NCBI GenBank assembly: GCA_963750045.1
Contig: CAVVPD010000002.1
Location: forward strand, 199,736-263,735
Direction of reading: 5' to 3'
Length of the DNA: 64,000 bases
DNA from: an uncultured Actinomycetes bacterium
GTDB lineage: Bacteria > Actinomycetota > Acidimicrobiia > IMCC26256 > DASPTH01
Positions 28,162-37,448 of this stretch are shown here, in pieces (position 1 is the first letter of the stretch; each line of letters opens with the position of its first letter). The notes beneath the pieces are model-generated. The model saw only the letters and a list, made by a program, of their open reading frames with translations. It did not search any database and had not been told where the DNA came from. A program made the position numbers and the translations under genes.

Positions 28162-30531
28162 ATGAACGAGGTCACCCACCGCACGCGGGCGCCGTTCAAG
28201 GTCGGCGTGTGCATGGACTTCGCCGGCGGTACGCAGATCGCGCAGGACTTCTACGACGGGATGCGCCTCGCCATCGACGAAGCCATCGAACGCGGTGAGG
28301 TCGACCATCCTGTCGAGCTCGTGATCCGGGAAGTCAACGGACCGATGCGTGGAACCAGTCCGGCAGTGCTGAACGTGTGGCGCGAGCTCGCGCACGACGA
28401 AGACTGCCTCGCGATCGTCGGCCCGGTCGTCACGGAGGCGAACCTCGCCATCGTCGAGGAAGTCAACCGATCGCGGGTCCCGACGATCTCGTTCTGCGCG
28501 ACGTTCGACTGGGCCGGTCCGTACTGCTACACGCTCCAGAACGGCGGGTTTCCCGACGAGGCGAACGTCCTGGCCTCCTACATGGCGTCGCGAGGTCACG
28601 AGCGGGTCGCCGTGTTCCACGAGGACGGCCTGATCGGCGAGGAGTTCTTCGCCGCCTTCCGATCTGCCGCCCGGCGCCACGGCATCAGCATCGTGGGCGA
28701 CCACGTCGTCGGGCTGTTCAACACGTTGCGACCCGTCGAACCACAACTTGCGTCGGTACGCGACACGGGCGCGGACACCGTCGTCGTTCTCTCCGCGTAC
28801 GGCACGCTCGCGCCGGTGCAACGCGCCCTCGAGGCAGTGAGCGCCGAGTGGGACTGGCATCCGGCGCGCTACCAGAACATGACCTGGGTCGCGATGACCG
28901 CGCTCGGCGCGGCGGGTGACTACGACAAGGCCGCGCTCGTGGAGACCTTCGAGGGCTGGGTCGGGCTCGATCAGATCCACGAGGGAAACCAGCACTTCCA
29001 GGCGGTGTTGGATCGATTCGAAGCCAGGTACGGTCGTCGACCGTTCCACTGCTACACCGCGTTGGGCTTCGACCATGGCTTCGTGGTCGCCGATGCATTG
29101 TCACGGATGAAGCCGCCGTCGCCCGGGGGCTTCAAGGACGCGCTCGAACGGCTCCGCATGCAGCCCGCCTGCATCGGCGGTCCCGGGACCACGATCAGCT
29201 TCGGGCCTCACGACAATCGCGGCTACAAGGGTGAGTACATCGTCCTGCGCACCGTCGAGAACGGCGAGGAGCGCCTGCTCGACGTCTCCTACGCCGATCT
29301 CCTGTCGACCGACCCCCGGTCGCTCGGCCACGATGGCGACGCAGTGGACGGCGCGATCACGGGTGAGGGCTCGCGTTACGCGCTCGTGGGTGACCGGACG
29401 CCGTTCCGCATCGGAGTGCTCCAGGACTGGGCCCTCTGGGCCAAGCTCGACCTCTGGTACAACGGGCTCCGCCTGGCCTTCGACGAGGCGTTCGACGAAG
29501 GGCTGATCGACCGGCCCGTGGAGCTCGTGATCTCGGAGGTCGAGGGGCCACCCGAACGCGACGCGGCGGGCGTCGTGCGCGCGTGGCGCAGACTGGTCGA
29601 CGACGAGCAGGTGCTCGCGGTCGTCGGACCCTTCATCACCGACATGGTGAGGATCATCCGCGACCGGGTGGAACGCGACGAGGTCCCCATGCTCACCTAC
29701 GCCGCGACCGTCAAAGCCGCCGGCGACTACGTCTTCCAGACCCCGAACGGCACCTTCGCCGACGAGACCTTCCACACCGCGCGGTACCTGCGCCGTCGTG
29801 GCGCGCACTCGGTCGGCGTGATCCGCGAAGACAACCCCATCGGCGACGAGTACTACGACTTCTTCCGCCAGCACGCGCGGCGCCTCGGGCTCAGCGTGGC
29901 GAGTGACCAGATCGTCGACGGCCACGCGACGCGGGGAGACATGCGACGGGCCATGAGCGCCATCCGGGACTCGGGTGCGGACGCGGTGATGCACCTCGGC
30001 TACGGCCTCACGTTCTTCGAGGTGCTCACGGTCATGCAGGAGATGATCGAGCGGGTCGGATGGGATCCGCCCCGGGCCACCATCACCACGTGGGTGCTGG
30101 CCAGCGGTCTCAGCGAGCCGGGCGGCAGCCCGTTCCTCATGAACCAAGCGCTGCCCGACGGCCTCCTCGAAGGGTGGGTCGGTGTCGATCTGCCCCACGA
30201 GGAGAACCCGGTGTTCCGCGCGTTCCTCGACCGCTACGTCAAGCGGTTCGGGGGCCCGCGCCCGTTCGGCTGCTACCCCGCCCATCTCTACGACATCGGC
30301 CGAGCGCTCGCGGAGGCCATCGGCCGCGCCCGGCCGGTCACCCCGAAGGGGGTCAAGGCCGGGCTCGAGCAGGTTCGGATGCTGCCGGCCACGATGGGCG
30401 GACCCGGCACCGTCATCGGGTTCGCTCCTTACGACCACCGCGGCTACAAGGGCGACTACCTGGTCCTGCGCGGCTACCGGAACGGCCGCGAGGGCCTCGC
30501 CGAGGAGCTCTTCGCCGACGTGATGACATGA
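28162..30531 (+). CDS. Tandem-duplicated type I periplasmic-binding-protein-fold (LivK/AmiC-like) protein without a signal peptide
   Basis: Two homologous halves. APFKVGVCMDF...VELVIREVNG...RMQPACIGGPGTTISFGPHDNRGYKGEYIVLR matches TPFRIGVLQDW...VELVISEVEG...RMLPATMGGPGTVIGFAPYDHRGYKGDYLVLR. The N-terminus MNEVTHRTRAPFK is not hydrophobic. An alternative GTG start lies at 28123. Confidence 0.75.
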   Translation: MNEVTHRTRAPFKVGVCMDFAGGTQIAQDFYDGMRLAIDEAIERGEVDHPVELVIREVNGPMRGTSPAVLNVWRELAHDEDCLAIVGPVVTEANLAIVEEVNRSRVPTISFCATFDWAGPYCYTLQNGGFPDEANVLASYMASRGHERVAVFHEDGLIGEEFFAAFRSAARRHGISIVGDHVVGLFNTLRPVEPQLASVRDTGADTVVVLSAYGTLAPVQRALEAVSAEWDWHPARYQNMTWVAMTALGAAGDYDKAALVETFEGWVGLDQIHEGNQHFQAVLDRFEARYGRRPFHCYTALGFDHGFVVADALSRMKPPSPGGFKDALERLRMQPACIGGPGTTISFGPHDNRGYKGEYIVLRTVENGEERLLDVSYADLLSTDPRSLGHDGDAVDGAITGEGSRYALVGDRTPFRIGVLQDWALWAKLDLWYNGLRLAFDEAFDEGLIDRPVELVISEVEGPPERDAAGVVRAWRRLVDDEQVLAVVGPFITDMVRIIRDRVERDEVPMLTYAATVKAAGDYVFQTPNGTFADETFHTARYLRRRGAHSVGVIREDNPIGDEYYDFFRQHARRLGLSVASDQIVDGHATRGDMRRAMSAIRDSGADAVMHLGYGLTFFEVLTVMQEMIERVGWDPPRATITTWVLASGLSEPGGSPFLMNQALPDGLLEGWVGVDLPHEENPVFRAFLDRYVKRFGGPRPFGCYPAHLYDIGRALAEAIGRARPVTPKGVKAGLEQVRMLPATMGGPGTVIGFAPYDHRGYKGDYLVLRGYRNGREGLAEELFADVMT

Positions 30532-31646
30532 GCGACGTCACCGCGGCCGTCGTCCGCGCGCCGGGCGAGCCCTTCGTACTGGAGCCGGTGTCGCTCGACG
30601 AACCGCAACCCGACGAGGTGCTCGTGCGCGTCGTCGCCGCCGGCATCTGTCACACCGACCTCGCGGTGCAACACGGCCACATCCCCGTGCCCCTCCCCGC
30701 CGTGCTCGGCCATGAGGGCGCGGGCATCGTCGAGAGGGTGGGTGTCCACGTGACCGGCGTTCACGCGGGCGCCCACGTGATCATGAGCCAGGCCCTCTGC
30801 GGTCACTGCCGGCGGTGCCTCGGCGGTGAGCCGGCATACTGCGAGAATGCCGCCGCGCTGAGCCTGGGCGGTCGCCGCGCCGACGGTTCGACACCGCTGC
30901 ACGACGGCGCGGGCGCCGAGATCTCCGGGAACTTCGTCGGGCAGTCGTCGTTCGCGACCCACGCGATCGTCAAGGCGCACAACGTCTACGAGATCGCGCC
31001 CGATCTCCCTCTCGCCCTCCTCGCGCCGATCGGGTGCGGAGTCATGACCGGCACGGGCGCGATCTTCAACGACGCGCGGCCCGCCCCGGGCGCAACGGTG
31101 GCGGTGATGGGTTGCGGCACGGTCGGACTGGCGGCGGTGATGGCCGCCAAGGTGAGCGGCGCCGCGCAGATCATCGGCGTCGATCTCGCGCCGGCACGCC
31201 TCGAGCTGGCGCGTGAGGTGGGCGCGACCGCAACCGTCCTCGCCGGTGACGACGTGGTCGCACAGGTCCACGAGCTCACCGCCGGAGGCGCCGACGTCGC
31301 CATCGAAGCGGCCGGGATGCCCGCGACGGCGATCGCCGCGATCGGATCGACCCACTCGACCGGAAGGACCGTGATCGTCGGTGCCGCGCCCTTCGGATCC
31401 ACCATCGAGCTCGACTGGTGGACGCTCGGCGCCGGGCGCCGCGTGCAGGGGTCCGTCATCGGTTCCAGCGACCCCGCGCGCGACCTTCCCCGCCTGGTCG
31501 AACTGTGGCGAAGCGGTGATCTCCCGCTCGAGGCCCTGGTGGCGACGTTCCCCTTCGAGCACATCAACGAAGCGGTCGCGGCCACTGCGTCCGGAACGGT
31601 CGTCAAGCCCGTCCTGGTGATGGACGGCGAAGGAGCGTCACGGTGA
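30528..31646 (+). CDS. Zn-dependent alcohol dehydrogenase (MDR family)
   Basis: Start trimmed to ATG 30528 (ATGA overlap). ICHTDL, GHEGAGIVERVG, and the structural-Zn motif CGHCRRCLGGEPAYC. Confidence 0.85.
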   Translation: MSDVTAAVVRAPGEPFVLEPVSLDEPQPDEVLVRVVAAGICHTDLAVQHGHIPVPLPAVLGHEGAGIVERVGVHVTGVHAGAHVIMSQALCGHCRRCLGGEPAYCENAAALSLGGRRADGSTPLHDGAGAEISGNFVGQSSFATHAIVKAHNVYEIAPDLPLALLAPIGCGVMTGTGAIFNDARPAPGATVAVMGCGTVGLAAVMAAKVSGAAQIIGVDLAPARLELAREVGATATVLAGDDVVAQVHELTAGGADVAIEAAGMPATAIAAIGSTHSTGRTVIVGAAPFGSTIELDWWTLGAGRRVQGSVIGSSDPARDLPRLVELWRSGDLPLEALVATFPFEHINEAVAATASGTVVKPVLVMDGEGASR

Positions 31647-32854
31647 ACGAGTACCACCCGGCCGACCCCCAGACGACGCGAGATCCGTTTCCCGCCCTGG
31701 CCGAGCTCCGCCGGACGTGCCCGGTCAGCCGCCGCATCGAGCCCGATCTTCCTCCCGTCACGCTCGTCACGCGCTACGAAGACCTGCGAACCGTCTACCG
31801 CGACTACCGCACCTTCGGGAACATCGGCTTCTACCCGTCCCTCGATCTCTACGGGATGATCCCGGAGGAGCAGCGCACGATCATCGATCTCGATCCGCCC
31901 CGGCACACCGCGGTTCGAAGGCTCAACCTGCTCGCCATGAAGCCGTCGGCGATCGAACAGGTCCTGCCGCGCATCGAGACGGTTGCCCAGCAGGTCGTCG
32001 CGCGGATGGTCGCCGCCGGCACAGCTGAAGTCGTCGGCGACCTCGCAGTGCCGCTCCCGGCGGACGCCATCGCCGCGGTGCTCGGGCTCCCCGCCAACGA
32101 TGCGGGCAGGATCCACGAGTGGATCGAGACGGTCTTCAGCGAGCCGGCCGTGGACCGAGCGGATCGACAGGCGAATCCGACGGCCGACATGAACGCCGAC
32201 TTCGATGCGTACCTGATCGATCAGATCTCGGCGCGCCGTCGCGGCGACGCCACCGACGATGACGCGATTCGCCGGATGACCGAGTTCGAACGCGACGACG
32301 GATCGCGCTTCAGCGACGGGGAGCTGTGCATCCACATCCGCACGCTGCTGATGGCCGGGAACGAGACGACCACGAGCCTGATCAGCAATCTCGTCTACCG
32401 GTTCTTGACCGTGCCCGAGGCGCAATCACGTCTCCGGACCGATCGTGCGCTGCTCGAGCCGTTCATCGAGGAATGCCTCCGCTTCGACGCTCCGCTCACC
32501 CAGTTCCCGCGTCGGTGCCTCGGCGCATCGACGATTGCCGACGTCCCGATCGCGGTCGACGACATCCTTTCGCTGTCCATACCTTCGGCCAACCGTGACG
32601 AGACGGTGTGGGGTGACGACGCCGAGGAGTTCCGCATCGATCGGTTCACGACCGAGCAACCCGACCACCTCACATTCGGTCTCGGCGCGCACTTCTGCGT
32701 TGGCGCCAACCTCGCCCGACGAACGGCCGCGATCGCGCTCGAGGTCCTGCTCGACCAGACGACGGAGCTCAGACTCGCCCCGGGGTTCTCGTTCGACAAG
32801 GTCTGGTTCTTCGAGTTCTGGCGCCCCAAGCGCCTCGACATCCTGCTCGGCTGA
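31643..32854 (+). CDS. Cytochrome P450
   Basis: GTGA overlap with the ADH gene. AGNETT I-helix and the FGLGAHFCVG heme loop. Confidence 0.85.
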   Translation: MNEYHPADPQTTRDPFPALAELRRTCPVSRRIEPDLPPVTLVTRYEDLRTVYRDYRTFGNIGFYPSLDLYGMIPEEQRTIIDLDPPRHTAVRRLNLLAMKPSAIEQVLPRIETVAQQVVARMVAAGTAEVVGDLAVPLPADAIAAVLGLPANDAGRIHEWIETVFSEPAVDRADRQANPTADMNADFDAYLIDQISARRRGDATDDDAIRRMTEFERDDGSRFSDGELCIHIRTLLMAGNETTTSLISNLVYRFLTVPEAQSRLRTDRALLEPFIEECLRFDAPLTQFPRRCLGASTIADVPIAVDDILSLSIPSANRDETVWGDDAEEFRIDRFTTEQPDHLTFGLGAHFCVGANLARRTAAIALEVLLDQTTELRLAPGFSFDKVWFFEFWRPKRLDILLG

Positions 32855-33015
32855 GGCCTCGCGCCGGATCACGCGGACCCCGCTGGGGTGACGTGTCGGC
32901 ATCACCACGTCAGGTCGGGACTGTCCGGCGTGCCGTGGCTCATCGGAACACCTTGTCGACCCGGCCTCTGCGCGCGAATGTCGTGCTGGCAATGGAATCC
33001 ACCAGGAGGTTCACC

Positions 33016-33336
33016 ATGCCGAAGTTCATGTTCAGAGCATCGTTGTCACCTGAGGGTGTCACCGGACTCCTCGCCGAGGGCGGTACCGCCCGACGCACCG
33101 TCGTCCAGGACGCGATCGAGGCTCTCGGGGGGACGCTCGAGGCCTTCTACTTCGCGTTCGGCGACGACGACGTCGTCGGTATTTGCGAGCTGCCCGACAA
33201 CGAGACCGCGGCCGCCTTCGGTTTGGAGACCTCGTCGTCGGGCCGGGTATCCGTGGTGACGACGGTGCTGCTCACACCGGAGGAGGTCGACCGAGCTCGC
33301 GAGAAGAAGAGCGGCTGGCGGGCACCCGGGGCCTGA
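33016..33336 (+). CDS. GYD domain protein
   Basis: RBS AGGAGG at 33004. MPKFMFRASLSPEGVTGLL...FGDDDVVGICELPDNETAAA. Confidence 0.7.
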   Translation: MPKFMFRASLSPEGVTGLLAEGGTARRTVVQDAIEALGGTLEAFYFAFGDDDVVGICELPDNETAAAFGLETSSSGRVSVVTTVLLTPEEVDRAREKKSGWRAPGA

Positions 33337-33479
33337 GCCGAGGCTCCCGGAGCGACGGCGATCGGGCGGCCGACGCCCCGAGCGGATTGTGCTGTCCGTC
33401 GCGACCGACGTGCGCGACGTTCAGTCCGTCGGCGACCCCGGAGCGAGGGTGACGTACGCTCGCTTCCACGGCTCTGCTG

Positions 33480-33800
33480 TTGTTCGATGACGGGTGACCG
33501 ACGAATCCGTCCCATGACCAACGCGGGATCCGCAGACCTTCTGGGACGTCGTCTGCGGAGCGGTGATACCGGGACATCGTCGTCTCGGTCGCCCACGCGA
33601 AGTGGTCGTGCAGCAAGTGTCGGAGCCGCTCGTCCCCGTCGAGACCGACGTCGACCAGGGCCTCGTCGAAGCAAACGATCGCCCGCCGGTCCATCTCCTC
33701 GTGCGGCCCATTGCCGCTGTGGAGGCGCACGACCGAGGTCTCGTCGCCACAGGTCTCGGAATACCGGGTCGGGCCATGTCGCAGCGGATGTCCGCCCGCC
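33480..33800 (-). pseudogene. Truncated-hemoglobin-like (group II trHb-like) C-terminal coding segment with no intact upstream frame
   Basis: One frame reads GPTRYSETCGDETSVVRLHSGNGPHEEMDRRAIVCFDEALVDVGLDGDERLRHLLHDHFAWATETTMSRY. From memory this aligns with the GGPRTYSE..RMRH..RDAWL.. region of trHbO. Upstream frames are broken by stops and shifts. Confidence 0.35.
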
Positions 33801-33968
33801 CCACCCGGTGACGCGTCCGCGTTCGGGCCCGGTCCGCGCAGACGGGTCCGTCCGCTATCGCCTGACCAGGCACTTCCGGAGTTCGTTCGGTCGGAGCGCT
33901 CCCCTGACCTCTCGACCAACGCAGCGCTCGGTGGTTCGCGAGTGGATCGCCTTCGTCGGGCGCCCACA

Positions 33969-34323
33969 TCAGTCCAGGGCTTGGCCGGCGAATGTCCGCG
34001 GTTCGCGTCCGGCGAGCAGCCAACCGGCGGCCGCGGGGAGTCCGATCGCAGCATGAGATTCCCGAGCGGCGGCGCGGCGAGGTTGTCCAGGTCGGCGTGG
34101 TACCCCGACCAGAACGAGGTGCGCGTCGTACTTCCGGCGCGACCACTCCGTGATCGGGAACCGCGTCGTCCGTCGTCGGCGACGCCCGGACACCGTCGAC
34201 CGCGTACGTCTCCACCGCCTCCACGATCTGCAATCTCGAGACCGCCTCGGCATACGACACGGCCAGGTGATTGATGGCGATGACATCGGCCGCCTGGTCG
34301 GCCGTCGGTTCGGCGATGATCAA
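33969..34323 (-). pseudogene. NTF2/SnoaL-like small gene whose frame collapses after about 55 codons
   Basis: TTG start at 34323, 6 nt after GAGGAGGG. IIAEPTADQAADVIAINHLAVSYAEAVSRLQIVEAVETYAVDGV. A plausible C-terminus, AAGWLLAGREPRTFAGQALD-stop, is in a different frame. Third-position GC jumps between frames. Confidence 0.35.
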
Positions 34324-34346
34324 CTTGTTCCCTCCTCATGGTCCAG

Positions 34347-35564
34347 TCAGGGAGAGCTGAAGCTCAGGGGGAGGTGCCGCGCTTGACGCACGCCGGCGAA
34401 CTCGTACTCGATCGCCTCGCCGTCGGTGACCCAGTACTCGGGGATGCGCCGGTGCAGCTGGTCGACCGATGCGCGCAGCTCGGCGCGCGCCAGGTGTGAT
34501 CCCAGGCAACGGTGGATCCCGGCGGCGAACGCGATGTGGCGGTTCTCGGTCCGGTCGAGGTGGGCGTCGAGCGGGTGATCGAAAGATGCCGGGTCGAGGT
34601 TGGCGCTGGCCCAACACAGGTAGACCATCTCACCCTGCTTGATCGGCACGCCGTTGACCTCGGTGTCGCGCAGCGCGGTGCGCGCGCCTGAGGACGGAAC
34701 CGGGCTCTCGTAGCGCATGATCTCCTCGATCGCCCCCGCCAGCCGGTCGGGTTCCGCGACGAGGCGCGCACGAACCTCCGGGTGCGTCGCCAGCCACGCC
34801 ACGATGCACGAGAGCGACGAGGTGACGGTGTCGAGTCCGGCGATGGTGAACATCTGCATGATGTTCACCACCTCGTCGTCGTTCAGGCTGTGGCCGTCGA
34901 CTTCGAAGTGCATGAACTGATCGAGCAAGTCGTCGTGGCGCGCGCCTTCGGCGCGTCGCTCGTCGAGGCGGGTGTGCAAGTGGGCGCGGAGCTCGCGTCC
35001 CGCGGCGCGGCCGATCACCTCGGCTTCGTCGCGCGTCGCGGCCTCGTTCTTGAGGATGTGGTCCTTCTTCGCGATGAGGAAGGACGCGTCTTCCACCGGC
35101 AGCCCGAAGATGCGCAGGAAGATCGTCGACGGGAGCGGGACGCAGAACGCGTCGTGGAACTCGACGCGGCCATCGCCGACGAAGCCGTCGATGAGCTCGT
35201 CGGCGAGCTTGCGGATGTCGGGTTCGAGCGCTGCCATCTTCTTCGGCGTGAACAGTGGATCCAACAGCTTGCGGTAGTGCCGGTGCAGTTCGCCGTCGAT
35301 GTGCAGCGGGATGAGCGGGTCATCCGTCCCCATGCCCATCACGACCGACCCGATGTCGGGATTCCGGCCGGCGGCGACGATGTCGTCCATCCCGAAGAAC
35401 CCGACCCCCATCTCCCAGCGCACCACCGGCATCGTGCGCCGGACCTCGTCGAGGGCGGTCTGTGGCAACTCGACGTCGAGCGCGCCATTCGGTTCGTAGG
35501 CGATCAGCGCCCGCAACTCCGGGCTCATCTGCTCGTAGCTCATCTCGACCACGTCGTTGCGCAT
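34347..35564 (-). CDS. Cytochrome P450 (paralog of 16874-18077)
   Basis: 405 aa. AGLDTVT I-helix and the FAAGIHRCLGSHLARAEL heme loop. Confidence 0.85.
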   Translation of the reverse strand: MRNDVVEMSYEQMSPELRALIAYEPNGALDVELPQTALDEVRRTMPVVRWEMGVGFFGMDDIVAAGRNPDIGSVVMGMGTDDPLIPLHIDGELHRHYRKLLDPLFTPKKMAALEPDIRKLADELIDGFVGDGRVEFHDAFCVPLPSTIFLRIFGLPVEDASFLIAKKDHILKNEAATRDEAEVIGRAAGRELRAHLHTRLDERRAEGARHDDLLDQFMHFEVDGHSLNDDEVVNIMQMFTIAGLDTVTSSLSCIVAWLATHPEVRARLVAEPDRLAGAIEEIMRYESPVPSSGARTALRDTEVNGVPIKQGEMVYLCWASANLDPASFDHPLDAHLDRTENRHIAFAAGIHRCLGSHLARAELRASVDQLHRRIPEYWVTDGEAIEYEFAGVRQARHLPLSFSSP

Positions 35565-35594
35565 CAGATCCCCCTGGATCGCGAATGCTTTGAA

Positions 35595-36041
35595 TCATCC
35601 CACCGATTCGGCGTCGACGGTGGCCAGAGATCGCAAGAAGACCAACTGCTGCTCCACGCGGTCGACCCAACTTGCCGGCGCCCCGCCGCTCGCGAACACG
35701 GCCTGGAGTCGAAGACCATTGACCAGTGCGTGGAGTTCGGAGGCGACCTGAATCGGCTCGACGTCGGTACGGATCGATCCGTCGCCTTGACCGCGGACGA
35801 CCAGCTCGGCCCATCGTGCGACCCAGACACGGATCGCGCGACGCATTGTGTCAGCAGCCGCGCGATCGACACTGGCCCGACTCGTGAACGCGATCCAGAC
35901 GCGGGATTCACCCGCGCCACCACCGAGGATTTCATTGACCACCACCACGATCGCGGCTCGCCCGGTCGGCGCCGCGCCGGCTCGCTCGAAGCGTTCGAGG
36001 TTCATGCGCTCCAGCTCTCGAAGCGCTTCGCGCTCCTGAAG
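35595..36041 (-). pseudogene. TetR-family regulator lacking its N-terminal HTH domain (truncated against the tRNA-Leu gene)
   Basis: Typical TetR C-terminal domain: RVWIAFTSRASVDRAAADTMRRAIRVWVARWAELVVRGQGDGSIRTDVEPIQVASELHALVNGLRLQ. An in-frame TGA lies at about 36045. The only other open frame runs straight into the tRNA. Confidence 0.5.
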
Positions 36042-36121
36042 AGATCACGGTGCGGCGCGTGCAGACGACTTGCAACCGGCTCGGGCCCCTGCTCGAGAAG
36101 CTCTGAGAAGGTCAGCGCATG

Positions 36122-36207
36122 TGCCCGGGGAGAGATTCGAACTCTCACGCTCCATCACGGAGCCGGCGGGTTTAAGCCGCCTGCGTCTACCGTTCCGCCA
36201 CCCGGGC
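36122..36207 (-). tRNA. tRNA-Leu (anticodon UAA), class II with a long variable arm; CCA not encoded
   Basis: Hand-folded sequence: GCCCGGGTGGCGGAACGGTAGACGCAGGCGGCTTAAACCCGCCGGCTCCGTGATGGAGCGTGAGAGTTCGAATCTCTCCCCGGGCA. Acceptor stem GCCCGGG/CCCGGGC, anticodon loop CTTAAAC, T-arm GAGAGTTCGAATCTCTC. Confidence 0.85.
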
Positions 36208-36242
36208 CTCCGGCGAGGCTACGCGACCCCTCGCGCCGGTGG

Positions 36243-37448
36243 TCACGAGTGGACGACCGAATGGCGGAACGCAACGGCGCGCGGCCACCTCCGGTACCGC
36301 GGCACGGCGTTCGGCAGGCCCGGCGTTCGAGGATCGATCGCGGTTGCGATGAAGGCCAGCAGGACGACCGTCCGCGCGGCCACGAGCAGCGGGAGCACGG
36401 TGTGCACGAGCGCGAGCGAGTCGAGACCGTGGAAGTAGCCGTAGACGACGGCGAACACGGCGACGTCCACGGCGCAGAACGACACCCAGAGCCGCCGACC
36501 GATCGGCAGCATCACGAAGAACAGCACCAGCCAGACGTCGTAGGTCGGTGAGTAGACCTTGTTGCAGAGCACGAACATCGCCACCGCCACGCCCGCGAGC
36601 TGCACGGCTCCCAGCCTTCGCCGCACGGCGAGGAACACGAGTAGCACGACGGCGAGCGCGAGCAGCATCGCGGAGACCTGGTTGGCGATCTGCGCGCCGC
36701 GGGCACCCTCCACGGGAAGGCCGAGGAGCCGGAACGCGTAGAACGACACGCTTCCCCAGGTCGCGTTCCGCTTCGACTGGAAGGCGTACGGCCACCACCA
36801 GCCCGAGGGGTTCGCCACGAGCACAGGTAGGTTCACCGCCGCGAACACCGCCGTGCTCGAGACCACCAGGCGGATCGCACCGCGGCGGTCACCGGACGAG
36901 AAGCGCAGGGCCGCGAGCGGCGCCACGACGATCGCCGGAAACAACTTGACCGCGGCACCGATGCCGAAGGCCACCCCGGCCGCGACGTCACGCTCGCGCT
37001 CGAACGCGAGCAGACCCACGAAGACCGCGGCGATGGCAAAGACATCCCAGTTCTGGAACGCGTACAGCAGGACTGGCGTCGCGAGCGCCCAGCGCCAAGC
37101 TCGGGCACCGAATCGGCGCTCGAGGACCACCGTCATCGTCACGCAGATCGCGCCGGACGCGAGCGCGGTCACCAGCAATACCCCGAGCGGCGTCGGTGAC
37201 ACCAGCGCCGCGAGGTACAACAGCACGCCCGAGAGCACCGGGTATTCGATCGGTCGATCGATGTAGGGCAGGACATCCCGTCCGATGCCACGGTGGAGGA
37301 ACACGCGCGGGAGGTCGCTGAGCGCGCTGTGTCCCCCGCTCCCGTAGAACGCGAGTTGCAGGGCGAGTCCGACCAGGAGCGTGACGACGGTGGCCACGAC
37401 CATCCGGGTGGGGAACTGATGGCGTTCGGCCTGGCGCTCGACCGTCAT
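36243..37448 (-). CDS. Polytopic membrane glycosyltransferase-like protein (GT87/DUF2029-like)
   Basis: 401 aa with many hydrophobic helices. Loop motif PYIDRPIEYPVLSG. ATGA overlap with the upstream Ppm1 fusion gene. Confidence 0.65.
   Translation of the reverse strand: MTVERQAERHQFPTRMVVATVVTLLVGLALQLAFYGSGGHSALSDLPRVFLHRGIGRDVLPYIDRPIEYPVLSGVLLYLAALVSPTPLGVLLVTALASGAICVTMTVVLERRFGARAWRWALATPVLLYAFQNWDVFAIAAVFVGLLAFERERDVAAGVAFGIGAAVKLFPAIVVAPLAALRFSSGDRRGAIRLVVSSTAVFAAVNLPVLVANPSGWWWPYAFQSKRNATWGSVSFYAFRLLGLPVEGARGAQIANQVSAMLLALAVVLLVFLAVRRRLGAVQLAGVAVAMFVLCNKVYSPTYDVWLVLFFVMLPIGRRLWVSFCAVDVAVFAVVYGYFHGLDSLALVHTVLPLLVAARTVVLLAFIATAIDPRTPGLPNAVPRYRRWPRAVAFRHSVVHS

Noticed and set aside
33272-34339. 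355-aa and 300-aa minus ORFs taken at face value as genes
   Set aside because: Only short parts of each are protein-like. The rest is Arg/Ser/Pro/Gly filler, so they were treated as fragments of decayed genes instead.
36042-36121. An integrase or attachment-site repeat next to tRNA-Leu
   Set aside because: No integrase-like ORF occurs within several kb on either side, and I could not find a direct repeat of the tRNA 3' end in the window. The island idea is kept only as a low-confidence inference.
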